A stretch of 64,000 nt of DNA from Patescibacteria group bacterium. Its GTDB lineage: Bacteria > Patescibacteriota > Patescibacteriia > UM-FILTER-42-10. The first letter of the stretch is position 1. Each line of letters begins with the position of its first letter. The position numbers were made by a program, and so were the translations under genes. Where the stretch lies: positions 16,415 to 80,414 of the forward strand of contig JBAYGW010000003.1 in assembly GCA_041666485.1 (NCBI GenBank), given 5' to 3'. Positions 47,455 to 56,996 of the stretch are shown one piece after another. The notes beneath the pieces were generated by a model, which was not told where the DNA came from, searched no databases, and saw only the letters and a program-made list of their open reading frames with translations.

Positions 47455-47552
47455 AAAAAAACCGGCATTCGGCCGGTTATAATTAATGCTAGTTCACTGT
47501 TCCAAAGCGCCCTCTTGTGGAAGGACCTTTTGCTTTTTCACTCCCTAGCATT
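47455..47552 (-). promoter_or_regulatory. riboswitch-like leader (stem-enclosed domain plus terminator) upstream of TerC
   Basis: On the minus strand, AATGCTAG (47545-47552) pairs with CTAGCATT (47485-47492), enclosing GGAGTGAAAAAGC...CACAAGAGGGCG. An AACCGGC-CGAAT-GCCGGTT hairpin plus T7 terminator follows, 34 nt before the ATG. Confidence 0.4.
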
Positions 47553-47614
47553 CAAGGCATATTAATAATATCAAACAAATCACTAGAATGCAAACCTACT
47601 CAAAATACTTTTTG

Positions 47615-48250
47615 CTATTTTTTCTTTTTTGCCTTCGGTTTAGCTTTTACCGCCTTTATTACCTTCTTCTTAACTTCTGCTTTTACAGAAACCTTCTTCT
47701 TTATTTCGGGCTTAGAAACAGGTTTTACTTTTTCTTGTAATACTTCTGGCTCTGCTGCCGATAACTGCCGCAATATTTTATCTAATTTTTCATTAATTGT
47801 TTTTAACTGGCCGTCAAATCGCCCGCTATTGGCATCGCTTGGTTTTCGGTCAGCACTTCTCGGATCCTTCCCAAAACAGCTGGAACACAATACGGGCTTT
47901 TCTCCGGTAGGACGAAAAGGAACTTCACAGCTCTGCCCGCACTTGGAACAGGTAGCACTGAACATTTTTTTCTCATAAAAATTCGGCTTGCCGAAATCCC
48001 TGCCAAAAGAACGACCGGAACTTGATTTATCCTTTGCTTTGAAGCAGTTACTGCAATAAACCGGCTTGTTTCCCGTCGGTTTAAACGGAACTTCACAGCT
48101 TTGCCCGCATTCCGAACAGACAGCTTTATGCATTACATGATGGTCCGAGTCACCTCCCCGGTTATAACCGCCGCTCATAGATTCTCTGCGGTCAAAACTA
48201 GGACCGTTTTTTCGGTCAAATGATTTTCCGTTTCTGTTAAAGTTTTTCAT
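47615..48250 (-). CDS. CxxC-x17-CxxC domain protein (two zinc-ribbon repeats, Lys-rich tail)
   Basis: CSECGQSCEVPFKPTGNKPVYCSNC and CSKCGQSCEVPFRPTGEKPVLCSSC repeats, and a KKK-rich C-terminus. Confidence 0.7.
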   Translation of the reverse strand: MKNFNRNGKSFDRKNGPSFDRRESMSGGYNRGGDSDHHVMHKAVCSECGQSCEVPFKPTGNKPVYCSNCFKAKDKSSSGRSFGRDFGKPNFYEKKMFSATCSKCGQSCEVPFRPTGEKPVLCSSCFGKDPRSADRKPSDANSGRFDGQLKTINEKLDKILRQLSAAEPEVLQEKVKPVSKPEIKKKVSVKAEVKKKVIKAVKAKPKAKKKK

Positions 48251-48366
48251 AAAAATTTTATAATAATTAATGCGGGTTAAGTCTAGCTGTTTAAGTCATA
48301 AATAGCAAGCTTTTCATTAACATTTTTACGCTTTTGTGCTATAATTACAATAATTACGGAATTATT

Positions 48367-49038
48367 ATGGATCAGAAAGTGATTATCTCGATTAGAAATA
48401 TCGAGAAAACATATAACCTTGGCGAAATAAAGGTTAAAGCACTGAGAAAAATCTCCTTAGATATTCAAGAAGGAGAATTTTTGATTATTACCGGCAGAAA
48501 CGGATCCGGCAAGTCCACCCTGCTCCGACAAATCGGCCTTTTAGACTGGCCGAACCGCGGTCAAATATTTCTGGACGGAGATGAAGTCACCCATTTGAAG
48601 GAAAAACACCGCAGAAAAATCCGCCACAAAAAAATCGGTTATATTTTTCAGGAATACGCTTTGATTCCGGAATTAAACGCAATTGAAAATGTAATGCTCC
48701 CCGCCATGCTGATTGAACCGACAAAATCCTGCAAACCGAGAGCAATTGATTTACTGAAAAAGGTCGGGCTGGAAAATCGGCTCAGGCATCAGCCGAAACA
48801 GATGTCCGGCGGTGAACAGCAGAAGGTAGCCATTGCCCGCGCGCTGATTAATAACCCAAAAATACTTTTCGCTGACGAACCGACCGCAAATCTTGATTCA
48901 ATAGCGGCGGGTGGAATTCTGGAAATATTTGAACGACTACATGCTGAGGGCCATACAATTGTAATGATTTCTCACGAGCAGGATGAAAAAAGCTACGCAA
49001 GCAGGATTATTGAATTAAGAGACGGGGTATTATTATGA
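48367..49038 (+). CDS. ABC transporter ATP-binding protein
   Basis: Walker A GRNGSGKS, signature MSGGEQQK and Walker B LFADEPTA. Start set at MDQKV. Confidence 0.93.
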   Translation: MDQKVIISIRNIEKTYNLGEIKVKALRKISLDIQEGEFLIITGRNGSGKSTLLRQIGLLDWPNRGQIFLDGDEVTHLKEKHRRKIRHKKIGYIFQEYALIPELNAIENVMLPAMLIEPTKSCKPRAIDLLKKVGLENRLRHQPKQMSGGEQQKVAIARALINNPKILFADEPTANLDSIAAGGILEIFERLHAEGHTIVMISHEQDEKSYASRIIELRDGVLL

Positions 49039-50234
49039 AATATGAATTTAAAATTCCGTTTTTTCTGGCATTTCGCCAGATTACCCGTGGTAGTAAGTGG
49101 ACTTTCTTTTTGATAATTTTTTTAATGGCGGCATCATTTATTAATCTAGTTTTTGTTTCTTCTCTTTTCAAGGGCATTATTAAAGGATCAAATGAGCAGG
49201 TGATAAATATGCATTCCGGACATATCATGATTAAACCGAACAGCGGAAAGGACGTGTTTGAAAACCGGGATGATCTAATTGAAGAGATTGAGAAAATCCC
49301 AAATATTGAATCAGCAACTACGCAATTTGAGATTGGCGGAAATCTTGCACTGAATGAAAAAAGCGGTAATTGGATAATCAATGCCATAAACCCGGATGAG
49401 GAGGTAAAAGTTACAAAACTTTTTGACAGTATGATTTCCGGGGAATATTTAAAATCAGGAGACCGGGAAGGAATTATCCTTGGTAAACAGATCGCGGGTG
49501 GTGATGTGGCGGAACTGGATGCTTTTTCCCTACATGCCAATGTCGGAGATACTATCATTGCAAATTTTAACGGCGTGGAAAAAGAATTTGTTGTAAGAGG
49601 AATATTCAATTCCAAATACATGACCGTAGACAATACTGCATTTATCACTTACGCGGGTTTGGAATCTATTTTTCCGGCTTTGGTTAATCAGGCCAATACC
49701 GCGCTTGTCCGCTTGATTGAACCCGGTGAAGAACAGACGGCCATCAATCAGCTGAAGAATGCGGGTATTCATGGAACATTTTATACCTGGGAAGACGCGG
49801 CCGGCATAATGAACTCCGTAACAAGCAGTTTTCTGACAATTGATTTTATACTCAGCTTTGTTGCCACATTAATCGCAGCGGTAACAATTTTTATAGTTGT
49901 CTACATTGATATTTCAAACAAGCGACAACAAATCGGAATATTGCGGGCGATAGGAGTGAAACCATATATTATCCGTTCCGCATACGTTATTATTTCTTCA
50001 ATATATTCCGTAATTGGCGTTGCTGTCGGTGCCGGACTGTTTTTCGGAATTATCATGCCGTATTTTGTTGCACATCCCTTTGTACTGCCGATTGTGGATG
50101 CAACCTTGGCAATTGAGCCTGGAGATTTTATTTTCCGCATGGAATCAATTATTATTGTTTCAATTCTGGTCAGCCTTATCCCCTCCTTCATGATAACCAG
50201 AATTAAGTTATTAAACGCTATCTGGGGTAAATAA
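49035..50234 (+). CDS. FtsX-like ABC transporter permease
   Basis: 399-aa ORF with an extracytoplasmic domain after TM1, a C-terminal FtsX domain (LRAIGV), and a 4-nt overlap with the ATPase gene. Confidence 0.85.
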   Translation: MKYEFKIPFFLAFRQITRGSKWTFFLIIFLMAASFINLVFVSSLFKGIIKGSNEQVINMHSGHIMIKPNSGKDVFENRDDLIEEIEKIPNIESATTQFEIGGNLALNEKSGNWIINAINPDEEVKVTKLFDSMISGEYLKSGDREGIILGKQIAGGDVAELDAFSLHANVGDTIIANFNGVEKEFVVRGIFNSKYMTVDNTAFITYAGLESIFPALVNQANTALVRLIEPGEEQTAINQLKNAGIHGTFYTWEDAAGIMNSVTSSFLTIDFILSFVATLIAAVTIFIVVYIDISNKRQQIGILRAIGVKPYIIRSAYVIISSIYSVIGVAVGAGLFFGIIMPYFVAHPFVLPIVDATLAIEPGDFIFRMESIIIVSILVSLIPSFMITRIKLLNAIWGK

Positions 50235-50265
50235 TTAATACAACTAGAAGGGATATCTAAACAAC

Positions 50266-50655
50266 ATGGAAGAACCTAAGGTAAGTCCAAAACCATTAAG
50301 GCTTTTTTACTTTTGGTCCGGTATCATCGCTACATTCGCCTACCGTGCAATTATTGTAATCAATGACGCGGTCGTCGTGAAGATATTTTGGTATGTCGGC
50401 ACAATCGGTTTTATAATCTATTTTATACACCGGTTTGATATTTCGCAAAAACGCTCTAAATTGATTGTAGATCACAAACTGCGGGAGAAAATGGACACTC
50501 TTGACCATCTGACCGACGATGATAAAAAAGCACTGAGTTATATACTCGGTACCCTAGTATCTTCAAAAGAGAAATGGAACAATTACGCAATCTTTATTCT
50601 CTCCGGAATTGCCCTAATATTGGGAATATTATTTGATTTTATCCTTAAAATTTAA
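50266..50655 (+). CDS. hypothetical membrane protein
   Basis: 129-aa ORF with 3 TM helices. Confidence 0.45.
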   Translation: MEEPKVSPKPLRLFYFWSGIIATFAYRAIIVINDAVVVKIFWYVGTIGFIIYFIHRFDISQKRSKLIVDHKLREKMDTLDHLTDDDKKALSYILGTLVSSKEKWNNYAIFILSGIALILGILFDFILKI

Positions 50656-50658
50656 ATT

Positions 50659-51093
50659 TTGATGGAAATAAAACAATTCACCGCCACCAAAGCGTTTATC
50701 AAATATAACGGTAAAATTCTGATTCTCCGTGAATCAGGAAAATATGAAGACGGAACTAATATGGGATATTATGATATTCCCGGTGGCAGAGTGAAGCCCG
50801 GGCAAAGGTTTGACGAAAGCTTGAGGAGGGAAATTAAAGAAGAAACCGGATTGAATATTGCGATCGGTGAACCGTTTTTTGTGAGTGAATGGCGACCGGA
50901 AAAAAACGGCGAGCAGTGGCAGATTGTCGGGATCTTTTTTGAATGTCAGGCGGACATTGACCGAGTGATTTTAAGCAATGATCACGACAAATACGAGTGG
51001 ATTGATCCAAAAGAATATATCAAATTTAAACTTATTGATAACTTAAAGCCGGCATTTAAGAGTTATAATCAGCGTCAAACAGTTAATCAATAA
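50659..51093 (+). CDS. NUDIX hydrolase
   Basis: Nudix box PGGRVKPGQRFDESLRREIKEETGL. Confidence 0.9.
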   Translation: MMEIKQFTATKAFIKYNGKILILRESGKYEDGTNMGYYDIPGGRVKPGQRFDESLRREIKEETGLNIAIGEPFFVSEWRPEKNGEQWQIVGIFFECQADIDRVILSNDHDKYEWIDPKEYIKFKLIDNLKPAFKSYNQRQTVNQ

Positions 51094-52066
51094 GTTTTAA
51101 ATACCGAGAGCGGTTAACCCGCTCTTTTTCTTTTTCAAACGCCAATTTAAATTCGGGATAAATTTCGGAAACTCTAACTAACCTATCTTCAACTATTACT
51201 AGTGGATCAATCACACGCATTTTAGATTTTTTGTGGATGTAATCATAAATATCCGCATCTTCAATAACTTTATTACGATCAAGATTTTTTAATCTCCTAG
51301 TCGCTTCAATGATATCATTGTTACTGCAATTTTCTAATTTCTCAATAACTACGTCATCATCGGTTGCTAAATCTTCTTTCATTAATACCCCTGCTTCTAT
51401 AGCCATAACTATAATATTTTTTAACATATTGTAAGAATAGACACCCCAATTGGAATGCCAGAAATTTCCGCACATCCACAATGACAATTCAGCGAATTCT
51501 TTGGCAATATCTTTATCATGAAAAACAATCATATCATTTTTAACAACCAGATCGTTGATGATTATCTTTGCTTTCTTTTGATCTATCCTATTCGCAGTAA
51601 CACCATCACCTAGGGTATACTGCAAGCGATCCGCACAGATATTCGGCAGTTCATTTTCTGCTAGCGGCCATCTTTTTATATCTTCAACAGCGTCCGTATC
51701 AATTTTATATTTCTTCAAAACTGCACTGATGTCAGTCTGAAAATATTTTTTGTTCACGCTTTCTTGATAATCCTCTTTTTCATAACGGTTATATAAGTGA
51801 TCTATTACATGGGAAAATGTTCCGTGCGATATGTCATGCAGCAAACCGGCAAGCTGTTCTTCAAGTCCCGCACCGAATTGTTTTAATAACCAGTACACTC
51901 CCAATGAATGTTCAAATCGGGTTGTATCAGCTTCCGGATAAAAATAATGGTAAATTCCATATTGATGTATTTTTTTTAACCTCTGCAATTGCGGAGTATC
52001 AATCAATTCCAAAACTACCGGCTCTGTGATTTCAATGTTTCCATAGATTTTATCTGTGAATCGCAT
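51083..52066 (-). CDS. HD domain-containing phosphohydrolase
   Basis: RFEHSLGV and LLHDISHGTFSH motifs. Confidence 0.85.
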   Translation of the reverse strand: MRFTDKIYGNIEITEPVVLELIDTPQLQRLKKIHQYGIYHYFYPEADTTRFEHSLGVYWLLKQFGAGLEEQLAGLLHDISHGTFSHVIDHLYNRYEKEDYQESVNKKYFQTDISAVLKKYKIDTDAVEDIKRWPLAENELPNICADRLQYTLGDGVTANRIDQKKAKIIINDLVVKNDMIVFHDKDIAKEFAELSLWMCGNFWHSNWGVYSYNMLKNIIVMAIEAGVLMKEDLATDDDVVIEKLENCSNNDIIEATRRLKNLDRNKVIEDADIYDYIHKKSKMRVIDPLVIVEDRLVRVSEIYPEFKLAFEKEKERVNRSRYLKLID

Positions 52067-52119
52067 GGATCTATTGTATTAAAAAAAGCGGATGTCGTCC
52101 ACCTTATTGTAATTTCTTT

Positions 52120-52401
52120 TTACTTTTTTATTGCTATCGGCCGTAGTGCAAAATACACAAAGGCAAATACAATGATTGTACCGATCATTCCGGCAAACGC
52201 CACAGCCAAGTAGTCATTGCCGAATATGTTCAATTCATAATCCGGCATTAGCACCTTTGAAGGATAATTTAGCGCTTTTACAATAAAACCCTTATCTTCC
52301 GCGACTTTTTCCAGGCCATCAGGGCTAGAAGAAGCAAACAAAGAAACAACACTTGCTGACAAAATAGATACTAATAATAGTATTTTATATCTTCTGTTCA
52401 T
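52120..52401 (-). CDS. PDGLE domain-containing protein (CbiN-like)
   Basis: SSPDGLEKV motif, two TM helices, overlaps the CbiM gene. Confidence 0.75.
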   Translation of the reverse strand: MNRRYKILLLVSILSASVVSLFASSSPDGLEKVAEDKGFIVKALNYPSKVLMPDYELNIFGNDYLAVAFAGMIGTIIVFAFVYFALRPIAIKK

Positions 52402-53089
52402 TGCCTTTTTCTTTTTGCATATACCAAACTATCGCAAACGTAATTATGCCCTCGCCAATGCCGATCAAAGCATGCGTCTTAACCATTGCGGGAATAACTA
52501 AATTCAGTGCAATTGTGTTTGAAATTGCCAGTTCAAGAGATGTCGCAATTGATGCTAAGACAACACTTAACCAACCAGCAATAAAAACAGACAATAGTTT
52601 AAACTTAACAATCTTCCTGATTCCCTTGTAGCAATAAAAACCCGCTATTGTACCAATTATGCCCATATTAAAAATATTTGCACCCAAAGCAACCAACCCC
52701 CCGTCCGCAAAAAAAATAGACTGTATAACTAGAACGGCCGATATCACAATCAAAGCTTCCAGCGGACCGAGCAGTACAGCCGCCAACACTCCGCCCAATA
52801 AATGGCCGGACGTTCCATTCGCCACCGGAAAATTAAGCATTTGTGTCGCAAACACAAATGATGCGATAGTAGCCATGCGTAACAATTTATCCTTTCCATA
52901 TCCAGACAGTACGGATGTTTTTTTTACCGTTGAAAATTGCGCACCTTCGGGCGTAGCTAGCGCAAGAATTTCCTTCTTTACAAAAAACTTTCTTTTTACC
53001 CTGCTAACAGCAAAGCTGACCGCAGCAACTGCTGCAGTAATTAATGAAGCGGACGTATTTGGTCCTAAAAATCCGTCTGGAATATGCAT
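52385..53089 (-). CDS. cbiM: ECF-type metal transporter substrate-capture component CbiM/NikM
   Basis: N-terminal MHIPDGFL and a polytopic membrane profile. Confidence 0.85.
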   Translation of the reverse strand: MHIPDGFLGPNTSASLITAAVAAVSFAVSRVKRKFFVKKEILALATPEGAQFSTVKKTSVLSGYGKDKLLRMATIASFVFATQMLNFPVANGTSGHLLGGVLAAVLLGPLEALIVISAVLVIQSIFFADGGLVALGANIFNMGIIGTIAGFYCYKGIRKIVKFKLLSVFIAGWLSVVLASIATSLELAISNTIALNLVIPAMVKTHALIGIGEGIITFAIVWYMQKEKGNEQKI

Positions 53090-53092
53090 AGT

Positions 53093-53842
53093 TTATTCAA
53101 TGAGTAACATTAACGCCATTATTCCAATTCCGAGCATTAAGGACAGTAATTGAAACCACGATTTTCTAAAGTCGGTTTCTTTTTTCATTTCCGGAATTAA
53201 ATCAGCAGCAGCAATATAGACAAAACCGCCGACCGTAAACGCAACAAGAAATTCTTGCGTATTTTCCAAAACTGATCCAACTAATAAGGCCAGGACAGCG
53301 CCCGCTATTGCCGTTAATGCAGACAGAAAATTGAAAAGTAGCGCTTTTTTCTTGCTAAATCCGGCATGCAATAGAATTCCAAAGTCCCCTATTTCTTGAG
53401 GAATTTCATGCAATATTACTGCGACAGTTGTCGCGATACCTAACGGGATATTAACTAAGTAACTTCCGGCTATTATCATGCCGTCAATTAGATTATGAAA
53501 GCCATCTCCTACTATATTATTCACTGCAACAGGATGCGGATGATTTTCAGACGTTGGCACATGGCAATGTCGCCAACATAATATTTTTTCCAAAATGAAG
53601 AATAGTAAGAAACCCAATATAATCATAAAAGGGATCATTGCAATATTATTTGAATCTTTATAGACCTCCGGAATCAAATGAATGAATGCGTCACCTAATA
53701 ATGAGCCCGCGGCAAAACTAACTAAGAACAAAAGGCTCTTTTTTAGTTTCTCCATATCAATTGAAATTGCAACGATTCCAATCAATGAAACCAAACTTAC
53801 TATGAAGACGCTCCCAATTGTATATAGCCAAACTTGTGTCAT
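53093..53842 (-). CDS. ZIP family metal transporter
   Basis: HNLIDG and HEIPQEIGDF motifs. Confidence 0.9.
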   Translation of the reverse strand: MTQVWLYTIGSVFIVSLVSLIGIVAISIDMEKLKKSLLFLVSFAAGSLLGDAFIHLIPEVYKDSNNIAMIPFMIILGFLLFFILEKILCWRHCHVPTSENHPHPVAVNNIVGDGFHNLIDGMIIAGSYLVNIPLGIATTVAVILHEIPQEIGDFGILLHAGFSKKKALLFNFLSALTAIAGAVLALLVGSVLENTQEFLVAFTVGGFVYIAAADLIPEMKKETDFRKSWFQLLSLMLGIGIMALMLLIE

Positions 53843-53863
53843 ATTATTTTCATTATATCATTA

Positions 53864-54838
53864 TTATTCAACGCTCGCATCAAGCTTCTTTAAACGTAAT
53901 ATTGACCAGATAGCGCCAAACACAATTACGGCGCCCAGCCATTGTCCTAAAGATAGCGTTTGATTATGTATAAAGTATTCTAATATTATGGCACTGACCG
54001 GAAAAACCATTTCGTACATTATGGAACGCGTTGCCAAAACTTTTTTTAACCCCCAGTAGTATATAAATATTGCCGTACCGCCGGTGGTCAGCGCAATCAC
54101 CACGAAAGCACCGATCAGGTTCCAATTCACAGCACTAAATCCGGCGAAGCCCTCATAATTAGTATCAATCCCGGAATAATTTAACAGCGAAATCACAGAA
54201 ATTATTACTAGCATTATTGCTGTTGTAATAAAAAACCTCAGGGCAGTTCCCAAACCGTTACTGATTTTAGTAACCGCTCTTTTTGAAAACACAGTTGAGG
54301 ATCCGAACGAAAAGGCGGCCAGAATAGCCAGCATTGCCGGCACAAACATTCCGGTGACTTTGAAATTCGGGCTGTTCAAACCGAATGTCAAAAGATAACT
54401 GCCAATCAGAGCAACTAGCGCCCAGACGTAAAATACTTTTCTTGGCCTTTCTTTCAGCCACAAATATGCAAGCAGTATGGCGAAGATCGGCTGCAGCTTC
54501 TGAAGTAAAAGTACCACGGAAATATTCAGGCCTTCACTATAAACCTGCACGATTGCCGCGATGATCGCCATAGTCCCGATCGCACCACCGAACAAGCCGG
54601 TCAATCCAAATGCCAACCAGTCTTTTTTATCCAGATTTTTCAATTCGGCGGATTTGGTAAACAAGAAATAACTTAAGAATACTGATGAAACAGCATGTAA
54701 CATGAAAACAAATGTCGGTACGTCGGAAAGACCCAGGTCTACCACCCAGGGTGTCAGTACCACTCCGTCAAATGCCCATAAAAAAGCGGCAAACATGATT
54801 GCCAGCGCTCCCATAAAACCAATATTCTTTAATCTCAT
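53864..54838 (-). CDS. DMT superfamily (EamA-like) transporter
   Basis: 324-aa ORF with 10 TM helices as two EamA-like halves. Confidence 0.8.
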   Translation of the reverse strand: MRLKNIGFMGALAIMFAAFLWAFDGVVLTPWVVDLGLSDVPTFVFMLHAVSSVFLSYFLFTKSAELKNLDKKDWLAFGLTGLFGGAIGTMAIIAAIVQVYSEGLNISVVLLLQKLQPIFAILLAYLWLKERPRKVFYVWALVALIGSYLLTFGLNSPNFKVTGMFVPAMLAILAAFSFGSSTVFSKRAVTKISNGLGTALRFFITTAIMLVIISVISLLNYSGIDTNYEGFAGFSAVNWNLIGAFVVIALTTGGTAIFIYYWGLKKVLATRSIMYEMVFPVSAIILEYFIHNQTLSLGQWLGAVIVFGAIWSILRLKKLDASVE

Positions 54839-54882
54839 ATTAATTTAAAATTTTGTAAAGATATTATATCAGAAAATAATGA

Positions 54883-55653
54883 TTAGCATAATTTTACAGT
54901 TTCATCATGAAGTCTGGTGCCGTTAGTGGCAATAAATATGCTGTTCATGTCATTTTTTTCAATTCTGCCGGAAAAATCCGTAATGCGTGCCCCTGCCTCT
55001 CGGGCAATTAATTTGCCCGCGATATGGTCATATATTTCGCTGTAGTTATTAATTAATATTTCTACTTTCCCTGAAGCAAGCATGCAGAAATCCAGTGAAG
55101 GAGACCAATTGCGTAAAATTCTTTTTACTTTTTTATTTTCAACTCTATCAATGATTAACTTATGCGGCTTGCGGTTCACTGTGTAATGAGTTATGTAGAC
55201 AACGGTTGATTTCTCCAATTCGGATATTTTATTTACTTCAATCTTTTTTTTATTACAGAAAGCGCCATTACCTTTTTCCGCATAATATGTTTTTTCTTGG
55301 ATCGGGTCGTACACTACTGACGCAATTATTTCATCATTTCTTAATAATGCGATGGAAGCAGAAAAATTAGGTATTCCTAAAACAAAATTATTTGAGCCGT
55401 CTAACGGATCAATGATCAAGGTATATTCAGAATTTTTCTTTATCTCTCCCGTTTCTTCGGAGAAGATATTAAAACCGGGTAATTCTTTGGTGACAATATT
55501 TAAAATAGCCGCCTCTGATTCAATATCAGCTTTCGTATAAACATCAGCCGGAAATGTCTTCTGAACAACTTGCAGATCGTGGCCGAAATATTTCCTTAAT
55601 ACTTCCCCGCCGGCCTCTGCCGCTTTGATAATTACCTTTGTTTCTCTTTTCAT
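54883..55653 (-). CDS. inositol monophosphatase family protein
   Basis: EE..., IDPLDGSNNF and WSPSLD-type motifs. Confidence 0.85.
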   Translation of the reverse strand: MKRETKVIIKAAEAGGEVLRKYFGHDLQVVQKTFPADVYTKADIESEAAILNIVTKELPGFNIFSEETGEIKKNSEYTLIIDPLDGSNNFVLGIPNFSASIALLRNDEIIASVVYDPIQEKTYYAEKGNGAFCNKKKIEVNKISELEKSTVVYITHYTVNRKPHKLIIDRVENKKVKRILRNWSPSLDFCMLASGKVEILINNYSEIYDHIAGKLIAREAGARITDFSGRIEKNDMNSIFIATNGTRLHDETVKLC

Positions 55654-55810
55654 ACCGTCTTATTGTACCAAATATCAATGTTTCTGGCGACTTGTCATTA
55701 CAGTCACGTAGCAACCCTGACTTGCCAGAGTAAATGAAATATGGTAAAAACAAAACTGTGCCCATCTTCAGGGCGCAAATGACCAAAACCCGTTTTTGGG
55801 AGGTATTGGT

Positions 55811-56923
55811 ATGGACCAACGATTTGTCGATCTGGCGAGAGTCATGGTCGGCCATTCCACAAGGGTCTCAAAGGACGATATCGTCATCGTCAAGAGCACG
55901 GAGGTAGTGCCGCCCGACATGATCTTCGCGGTGATCCAGACCGTGCGCGAAGCGGGGGGCTCCGTGATCCCCTGGCGCTACGATCCGCGCATTGACTTCG
56001 AGGCATTCAGGGGTGGCACCGCTCACCAGCTGCGTGCCTGGGGCGCCGGCCAGTTTACCCAACTGGCTGCCGCCAACTGCTTCATTGAGTTCCGGCCGTT
56101 CAGTAACCAGCTCGACGGCAACGACGTGCCGGCAGCGGACATGCAGCGCCACGGCGAGGTGTTCGTTCCGCTGACGGTTGAACAGCGCGTGGAACGCACC
56201 CGCTGGGTGCTGACCCGCTGGCCGACGCCGGCCAACGCCCAGTTGGCCGGGATGTCCACGACGCAGTTCGAAGAGTTCTTCTTCAAGGCATGCCTCGCCG
56301 ACTACGGCGCCATGGCCAAGGCCGTGAAGCCGCTCGTCGCCCTGATGGAGCGGACCGACCAGGTCCAGATCCAAGGGCCGGGCGACACCGATCTCACTTT
56401 CAGCATCAAGGGAATTCCGATCATCGCCTGTACCGGATCGCACAACATCCCCGACGGCGAAGTGTTCACGGCGCCGGTTCGCGATTCCATGAACGGCGTG
56501 ATCGCCTACAACACCCCCACGGTCAACTCCCGCGGCCAGCGGTTCACCAATCTCCGCTTCGTGGTCAAGGCGGGCAAGATCGTGGAGGCGACCTGCGAGA
56601 CGGGTGACCAGACGGCGCTGGACGCCTTCCTGGACACCGACGAGGGTGCCCGCTACTTCGGCGAATTCGCCCTCGGCATCAACAACTTCGTCACGGGTGT
56701 GATCGGCGAAACGCTGTTCGACGAGAAGGTCGGTGGAAGCCTCCACTTGACGCCCGGCCGGTGCTATGAGCAAGCGCCGAACGGGAACCAGTCGGCCAAC
56801 CACTGGGACATCGTCTGCGATCAGCGCGGGGCTTCCGGTGGTGGGGAGATCTACTTCGACGGCAAGCTGGTCCGCAGCAAAGGGCTTTTCATCCCGAAGA
56901 GCCTCCACGCGCTCAATCCCTGA
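55811..56923 (+). CDS. M29 family aminopeptidase (AmpS/PepS-like)
   Basis: 370-aa ORF; NIPDGEVFTAP and HWDIV motifs of thermophilic metalloprotease M29. GGGAGG SD. Strongly G+C-rich. Confidence 0.82.
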   Translation: MDQRFVDLARVMVGHSTRVSKDDIVIVKSTEVVPPDMIFAVIQTVREAGGSVIPWRYDPRIDFEAFRGGTAHQLRAWGAGQFTQLAAANCFIEFRPFSNQLDGNDVPAADMQRHGEVFVPLTVEQRVERTRWVLTRWPTPANAQLAGMSTTQFEEFFFKACLADYGAMAKAVKPLVALMERTDQVQIQGPGDTDLTFSIKGIPIIACTGSHNIPDGEVFTAPVRDSMNGVIAYNTPTVNSRGQRFTNLRFVVKAGKIVEATCETGDQTALDAFLDTDEGARYFGEFALGINNFVTGVIGETLFDEKVGGSLHLTPGRCYEQAPNGNQSANHWDIVCDQRGASGGGEIYFDGKLVRSKGLFIPKSLHALNP

Positions 56924-56996
56924 CCGCACAACCGGCGCATTGTCAACTAAGCCGTCTAGCACGGCTATTCGCTCTTGAAACGGACCCGCGAACTGT

